This document shows, piece by piece, positions 29,831 to 64,000 of a DNA stretch of 64,000 nt (position 1 is its first letter; every line of letters starts with the position of its first letter). Below the pieces are notes generated by a model. The model saw nothing but the letters and a program-made list of their open reading frames with translations, did not search any database and was not told the origin of the DNA. Position numbers and translations under genes: made by a program. Origin of the DNA: Chrysomallon squamiferum (lineage: Eukaryota > Animalia > Mollusca); NCBI GenBank assembly GCA_012295275.1, contig CM022665.1:18786001-18850000 (forward strand), written 5' to 3'.

Positions 29831-31353
29831 ACGCAATCGTGAAACTTTGTTTCACACCATGCTGTAGAACATCACTGAAAAACATATTCTTAAATAGGAA
29901 AATGGTACTGAAATATAAAACACAGCCATAACATAATAGAAAATAAGTGTCATCCACGTTTATTATTATTATTTACATAAGTTGGGGACAAGTATGAAGT
30001 AAACATGATATCATATAGGATGATAATTTGGGATGTCATTGTCACACACATTGTGTGAATGTAATTGTCATAATAATAAATACAGAAAATAACTATAACT
30101 TATATATTACTACTAGATTTTTATTACATGTTGTACACTACACTGAGTATCCTCTGGCAGAGACTAGCTCAGACAGATGTTTGTATGGATATTGCTGCTC
30201 TCCACCACAGATAGGTCTCTATCTTTGCCAACCACAATGTTTGCAACGATTCTGTTTAGTGTACTTATTTAATAATAATCTGACATTCCTTTAGAGAGGT
30301 CATTTTCGAGTTTATTGATACCATAAAAAGTATGTAGTCCTATGCATACATGCAACAAGAAGAAACCCAAAACTCCTGTCATAAACCACTGATTTGGAAA
30401 TCTTCAGACATGTTTGAATTAATCTGACACTGATAAACAAGTGACAACTTTGAGACATATATCAGTATAGTAAAGATGCCTGAAACTTTGGTGTTGGCCC
30501 AGGAAATTGGAAATCTTATTTTTGGTAGTATTGATAAGTAGAAATGTAAAAGTGCTGGAAGATATAAATGACCAATAATATAAATGTTGTGGACTGCAAT
30601 AAAGACCATGTTTTCCTTATCAGTGAAGTAAAAAAATATTTACTTTGTAAGATCACTGTAGATATAAAACTAAAACTGAACAGGCAACTGCATGTTTTTT
30701 TAATTTTAATAACATTAACCTATCTCTGGCAGAGAATCAGTGATACCCATACAAATGTCCATCTGAGAATACATCACATGGGCTAGTTATACACTTCTTA
30801 AAAATAATTTATGATTCCATGTTATTAAATTATTATTATTATTATTGTTATTATTTTTATTTAATTGTTTTACAAAGTAAATGAATATTGGTCACTGGTT
30901 GAGCTAGGGATGGTAAAATAGCTTTAATTTTTTATATGAAACATTATGTACCTAACTTGCAGTGAGGTATCAAGAAGAATTAATTGACATCAGAATTTTA
31001 TATAAAAATATAAAATGTTTCTTATTTCAAAATTATGTCAGAAAACTGTGATCTTGGCCCATATAAGTATTTTAATTTTCTAAAAAGAATATTTATTTAT
31101 CATGAATTATTTTGAAAATTATATTTTATGATTATAAGATATTAACAGACAAAGTATGTTCAGTCTGTAAACTATCCACAAGTTTTCAAGTCTTCATGGA
31201 ATTTTAAAAACTGAAGTAACTTGATCAAAATTATATGTGACATTTTTAATGTCATTGAAAACTCCTCCCCCACCCAAAAAAATGAATAAAGACAAAATCC
31301 CCACCAAAAATATCAGTAAGATTTAAAAATTCAATTTAAATGAATTGCAAATA

Positions 31354-32089
31354 CAGTGGTACCTCAAGTTATGAGCACTCCAATGTACAAGTTTTCCAGC
31401 TTGAGAGCAGTCGCCCAGTTGATTTTTTGCTTTGAGTTGCAAGCCAAAATCCAAGATACAAACTAGTTGGTGCAATGAACAACACAACATCCGCCCAGCA
31501 TCCCCTGTCTCGCTCGTTTACTTCACATGGTTACTTCGCCATGGAAACATCTCTGTTGTGTTATGCTCACATTTTGTACAGTATTTTGCCAAATTTCCAT
31601 CAGTCCTAAGAAAGTGAGTGCAAAAGACAGAGCTGAGAAGAAGAAGTGGATGATGTCCATTGAATTAAAGCATGAAATCTTAGAAAAAACATGGCTAGGC
31701 GGTACGAGCGTAGTTCTTTTACGATATGTACCATACTGAAGCAGGAGTTGATAAAGGCTGTAACTGCAGCCAAAGGTGTTAAAATAATTTCTAAGCTGCG
31801 GATCTGTGTCCACGAAAAGATGGAGAAACCCTAACCCTGTACACTTTACAAAACAAGTTTATTTCTTTACATGTTCTTTCATTTTGATTTTATACAATAT
31901 TTGTCATTTATGCATTCATTTTTCTTATTTAAAAAAGGTTACAAAAAATTGGGGTGGTTTTTGGGGGGCTGGAACAGATTAATGGTATTTCAGTTAATTT
32001 CATTTGGGAAAATTGATTTGATATATGAGCAAATTGAGATACGAGCTCTGTCATGGAATGAATTAAGCTCATAAGTCAAGGTACCACTG
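31354..32089 (+). mobile_element. Non-autonomous Tigger/pogo (Tc1-mariner superfamily) deletion derivative, copy A
   Basis: TA target-site duplication on both sides. TIRs CAGTGGTACCTCAAGTTATGAG and CAGTGGTACCTTGACTTATGAG (19/22). Broken transposase N-terminus PKKVSAKDRAEKKKWMMSIELKHEILEK and IKAVTAAKGVKIISKLR..HEKMEK (CENP-B/psq-type HTH region). Confidence 0.9.
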
Positions 32090-33141
32090 TACTTGCTTAT
32101 TGGTTTGAATAGTTATTACTTAATTTTGTTACAGATTTGTTTTTATTATTTTGATATGCTAATATTGGAATGACATGTTTATGTATGTATGTAAGTAAGT
32201 ACATTTTATATTTCAAATTATATCTCTGAAATCTTTTAAAGAATACAAAATTATTGAGTCATTTTCCATTAATGGTTTTGGTTTGTATTAGTTAAAAATA
32301 ATTTATTAAACAATAATTTTCAGATTTAAAAATTAATTTTTCTGGATTCCAAGTATATGTTATATGGAATTCAGTTGTGAACAGTGGTTGACAGTTGAAT
32401 ATGTGCATCACCAAGTATTTTTGGAGGTGAATATCATTCTAGTTTGTAGACATATTCATATGTATTGGTGTGATTTGTAATATAATATAGATGATAATTT
32501 AATATATATATATATATTATATATATAATCAGTGGTTATCCTGGACATTTTTTTTTTTTTTTCATTAATAGTAAATTTATGAGTAATTATGAGTAATATC
32601 ATTATAGTGTTTTAAAACATTGTTATGTTGATAATTTTGTTGTTAAATTTAAGTGAATACTTTCATAGTTGTTTTCTCTGAGGTTATTTTTAAGTATCAG
32701 TTGACTAATGATAGTGAGGTCACCTTTAAAGACTGATTACCGCATCATTTGTTTTTCTTCAGAAGTAGGCAAATAAAGTGGAACATTGTCAGTTATATAG
32801 TGTCTGTATCAATAGTTATGGTTAATTCTCACTAATATAGCTATAAATAACTAACAGTATGGCAGTTTTCTGAAAATATGAACTTCCCAGTTTGTATTCA
32901 TATCAGAATATATTTTTCCATTCATGTTAACTAATCTTTTGTGTGTGTGTGTGTGTGTGTGTTTAAAACAAAGTAATTTGCTTTCTTTTTCAGAAATTTT
33001 ATTTTGTATTATTATTTCAGATTGTCAGAAGAATATCATAAGAACAGATTTGCTGTATTATCAGAGAAGCAAAACAATGTGATATCATCTTATGTATAGC
33101 ATTCCTGGTTGTGATTCGTACTGTGATATTCATCATTTACA

Positions 33142-63090
<29,949 letters not shown>

Positions 63091-63156
63091 TTTTTTTATT
63101 TGGTGCTTTTTATCATGGTATGTATTGTTACTATAACACAGCTGAACATGCAGGTC

Positions 63157-63322
63157 TGTAGTTCAGTAGTAGAGCACTCACTAGTGGATAATTAGTTCTC
63201 CATCTCAGTGTGCATGTTGACTTTCTTACCATTCCAGCCATTGTCCTGTAAATTATGTATCTAAAACGTTTCTACTGACACTCCTGTTTAGTGCAAAAAT
63301 ACATCTAAACAATCCTTTACTG
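63157..63322 (+). mobile_element. Degenerate SINE remnant in the formin 3'UTR
   Basis: TGTAGTTCAGTAGTAGAGCACTC head, with TTCCAGCCA and AATCCTTTACTG downstream in the expected order. Confidence 0.4.
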
Positions 63323-64000
63323 TTAATATGTTTTTTAATATATTTGTAAATTACTTGTAATAATCTGTATTTTTATTAATGATGTATTAAAAGGCAAATT
63401 TCGTCCATTTTTATCTATAATTTTATAATTAATTAATTAAAATGTTCTGTATTTGTTAATGTTTTTTTCATTTATTTTTGGAGAGGTTTTCAGTTGCCTT
63501 TTTAACCCAAACTAATCTGTTCATTATAAACAGAGTATTTCTTTCACAATCGTTCCATTAATCTTTAGTTTCTCACAGGCATTGTTCAACAAATATTTTC
63601 AGATCTTTAAGCAGGGGTTAAATGTTTCTATTTATGTATTATATAAATGATTGAAATTTTTACTTTACTACTTTACTAATTTATAATAACTAATGAAAAT
63701 GACATGCTTTATTTGTATATAATTTTTTTGTTTATTCAGTGGAGCTGTTGTCACAAAGAAATAAAATTAGACACTCATAGAAGAAGACAGAGAAGTGACT
63801 TTTTACACTGCTAGTAAAACAAGATTTTGTACAGCCAGAGCTATGCATGATCTTTACTTTGGTTGTGTTTTATACGTTTAATATGCAAGTAGTTAATGAG
63901 TGATAATGACAGACTGACAAACTATGCAGTATGCTACCTCTAGATGTGTTAGTCTTCACCAGCCAAAATTTTTGTTGTAGATGATTTAAGTTATAGTAGA

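Noticed and set aside
63760-63765. AATAAA as the formin polyadenylation signal
   Set aside because: The hexamer is common by chance at this AT content, and the 3'UTR may extend beyond the window.

Overview
This is AT-rich, microsatellite-dense animal DNA. It is probably molluscan or lophotrochozoan, inferred only from SINE resemblance and gene-body CpG depletion. The right half holds one complete + strand formin gene of the FMN/Cappuccino subfamily. I reconstructed 19 coding exons by hand from 33142 to 63090; all introns are GT-AG with consistent phases, giving 4332 nt and 1443 aa. The protein runs: a long Ser-rich N-terminus with a 17-aa repeat, a DEP-like segment, the FMN 'KYTEAE' coiled coil, a short FH1, the FH2 and a basic Spire-interaction-type tail. 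A YY1 motif near 29.8 kb coincides with an abrupt loss of CpG and probably marks the promoter. The introns carry two oppositely oriented Tigger/pogo-derived elements, degenerate tRNA-headed SINEs, a candidate alternative first exon and a 1.7-kb minisatellite. The left ~29.7 kb has no convincing protein-coding gene, only simple repeats, a decayed MULE transposase fragment and possible 5' exons of a minus-strand gene. I found no prokaryote-type novel system such as CRISPR. The best leads are RNA-level: possible circularisation of the start-codon exons, a short isoform and the DEP-like domain.
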